Assembly: GCA_963796285.1 (NCBI GenBank)
Contig: CAWCKW010000013.1
Coordinates: 448,001-512,000 of the forward strand
Source of the DNA: Nitrospirota bacterium
GTDB lineage: Bacteria > Nitrospirota > UBA9217
Direction of reading: 5' to 3'
Length of the DNA stretch: 64,000 nucleotides
Position 1 is the stretch's first letter. Each line of letters starts with the position of its first letter. Made by a program: the position numbers and the translations under genes. This document shows positions 62,169 through 64,000 of the stretch, in pieces. Below the pieces are notes generated by a model. It was not told the origin of the DNA. It worked only from the letters and a program-made list of their open reading frames with translations, and searched no databases.

Positions 62169-64000
62169 CTATTTGCCGGCTCGCAGACCTATCTTCTTGA
62201 CCCGCTCGGAAAAATCAGCGCATACCGCTGCATAGGGATTGCCTCCATCGGTCGATGTTGCTGAAAGGATCTCCACTCGGCCGGGCTCGATCTTGAGCAT
62301 GCCGAGCAGGTCCTGAACCCGCTTCACCCTTGCGTTCACACGCGGGGCGATGTCCTTATACTTGCAATTCCCGTCGCCGCAGCGCACCACAGCCACGCCG
62401 TCAGCGCCGGCCTCAAAGGCCTTCAGCATATCGAGAATATCGATCCGGCTGGTGCAATGCACAGGGATACTCTTCACGTTCTTCGGAAGATCGAGGCCGA
62501 GAATGCCTGCGTGGTTCGCACACGTAAAGGCTACGATCACCGGCTCCTGCCTGTTCGGGTCAATCTTGCCGATAACCGACGGACAGCGTGTTCCTGTATC
62601 TCGCGCACGTCATAGCTCACCATGCTGATGGCCTCGGCAGGACATTCGGGAGCGCAGAGACCGCAGGCCTGACAGTACTCGGGCCGGATCTCGGAAACCG
62701 AAGTAACCACGGGAGCATCGTACGGGCAGATGCGCTTGCACGTGAGGCAGGCCATGCACTTCTTCTGGTCCACGACTGCTCCACCGCCGCAGCCGCGGCA
62801 CCTGCCTGCTTCTTCAAGCGCCTCTGCCTCGGTAAAGCCCTCTTCGAAATGCTCCATGGTCTTGACGCGAACCTCGGGAGCGAGATGCCGGACCTTCATG
62901 CGTGGTTGCTTGCTGATCTTCTCAACAACTTCTGACGGCATCTCGGCGATCTTTTCTTTTTCCTGCACAGGAAGTTTGCCTTCGATCGCCTCGCCCTGGA
63001 GAAAGAGATGCATGGCAATGGCCGAGCGATGTCCGTTCGCGACAGCGGCAATAGCCGAGCCCGGGCCTGTCACCACTTCGCCGGCAACGAACACGTTCTT
63101 TGCGCTGCTCATCTGGGTCGCGGGGTTCCATTCAACGCGGCCGCGTTCGTCGACCTTCACGCTGCTGTCCTTCAGGAACGAGAGGTTCGACATCTGGCCG
63201 ATGGTGATAATGATCGTGTCCGCTTCGAGCAGGGTGGTCACCTTGTTGTCAAAGGTCGGGGCAAAGCGCTTGTTCGCGTCGAACACGGACAGGACCTTCG
63301 TCACTTCAAGTCCTTTTACCTTGTCGCCTTCACGCTTGACCGCCTTGGGCCCCCAGCGATAATTGATCTTGATCGCCTCTTCAACCGCCTCGTCCACTTC
63401 CCATTTCCATGCCGGTATCTCCTGCTCGTTCTCGAGACAGACCATTTCGACGTTCTGAACCCCGAGCCTGCGGGCAGAGCGGGCAACATCCATGGCAACG
63501 TTTCCGCCGCCGATGACCAGCACTTTGTCTGCCCAGCTCGGGCTTCCGGTTGAAGGCAACATCCTCGAGGAAGGGGATTGCGAGCAGCACGCCGGGGCCT
63601 TCAACACCCGGAATGTTCAATGACCGGCTAAGGGAAAGGCCGATGGCGATCAGCACCGCATCATGTTTTTTCGTCAGGTCATCGAGCTTGGCGTCTCTGC
63701 CGACCTCGAAGTTCGTTTTTACCTCAATGCCCTTTGATACGACATCGTCGATGTCTTCTTTCAGTACTTCTCGCGGTAAGCGATACGGAGGGATCGCAGT
63801 GGCGAGCATGCCGCCGAGCACCGGATGGCGCTCATAGAGAGTGACGCTGTAGCCGAAATCAGCAAGGTCCCTGGCAGCGGTCAGGCCGGAGGGCCCGGAA
63901 CCGATGATGCCGATCGCTCTTGCCTTTCGTCTTCTGGGCAAGCTTACGCTTGGCGCGGCGGTAGTCTTTGGACTTCTCGATGGCGAAGCGCTTCAGATGC
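62169..64000 (-). CDS. Multidomain GltD/NfnB-like FAD/NAD(P) oxidoreductase + 2x[4Fe-4S] + MvhD/FlpD domain; 5'-truncated, about 4 apparent indels
   Basis: LKRFAIE, GSGPSGL, IPPYRLP, GGGNVAMD, EAGRCRGC, CMACLTC/CQACGLC, then AFTC...CTSRID...GADGV..C..GNC; frames join at ~63915, ~63530 and ~62590. Confidence 0.8.

Overview
A GC-rich bacterial chromosomal window from an anaerobe. Gene order and content suggest Nitrospirota or a Desulfobacterota-like lineage (inference only). The left part holds a Tat-exported IorAB-type molybdoenzyme with xdhC and mocA, two TPM-domain genes, hrpB, panC, a ferritin-like gene, and a long argG-argH-lipoprotein-lysA-dapF-dapA-dapB-dsbC-dapL-folK operon followed by two peptide ABC permeases. 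The middle holds a short low-GC patch (including a DsrC/TusE-like gene without C-terminal cysteines), rsmA, gmhA, a split atpB-atpE pair, gltX, pdxA and other housekeeping genes. The right 21 kb (minus strand) is a Wood-Ljungdahl cluster: a GltD-like/ferredoxin/MvhD fusion, metV, metF, panB, thyX, cooC, a PanG-like gene, acsE, acsD, acsC, acsB, a NuoE/NuoF-like module with a selenocysteine formate dehydrogenase, a cNMP-binding protein and fhs. The most unusual signals are non-coding. (i) A ~200-bp MITE with terminal inverted repeats and 8-bp target duplications has an 82-bp core that is inverted between two copies. (ii) Short-period (7-9 nt) palindromic elements sit at many operon junctions. 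(iii) A small bulged hairpin with a compensatory base change is nested in three of those elements. About nine single-base frameshifts in the right half look like assembly errors. I recognised no rRNA, tRNA or CRISPR array. All calls are by-eye motif recognition, with no database searches.
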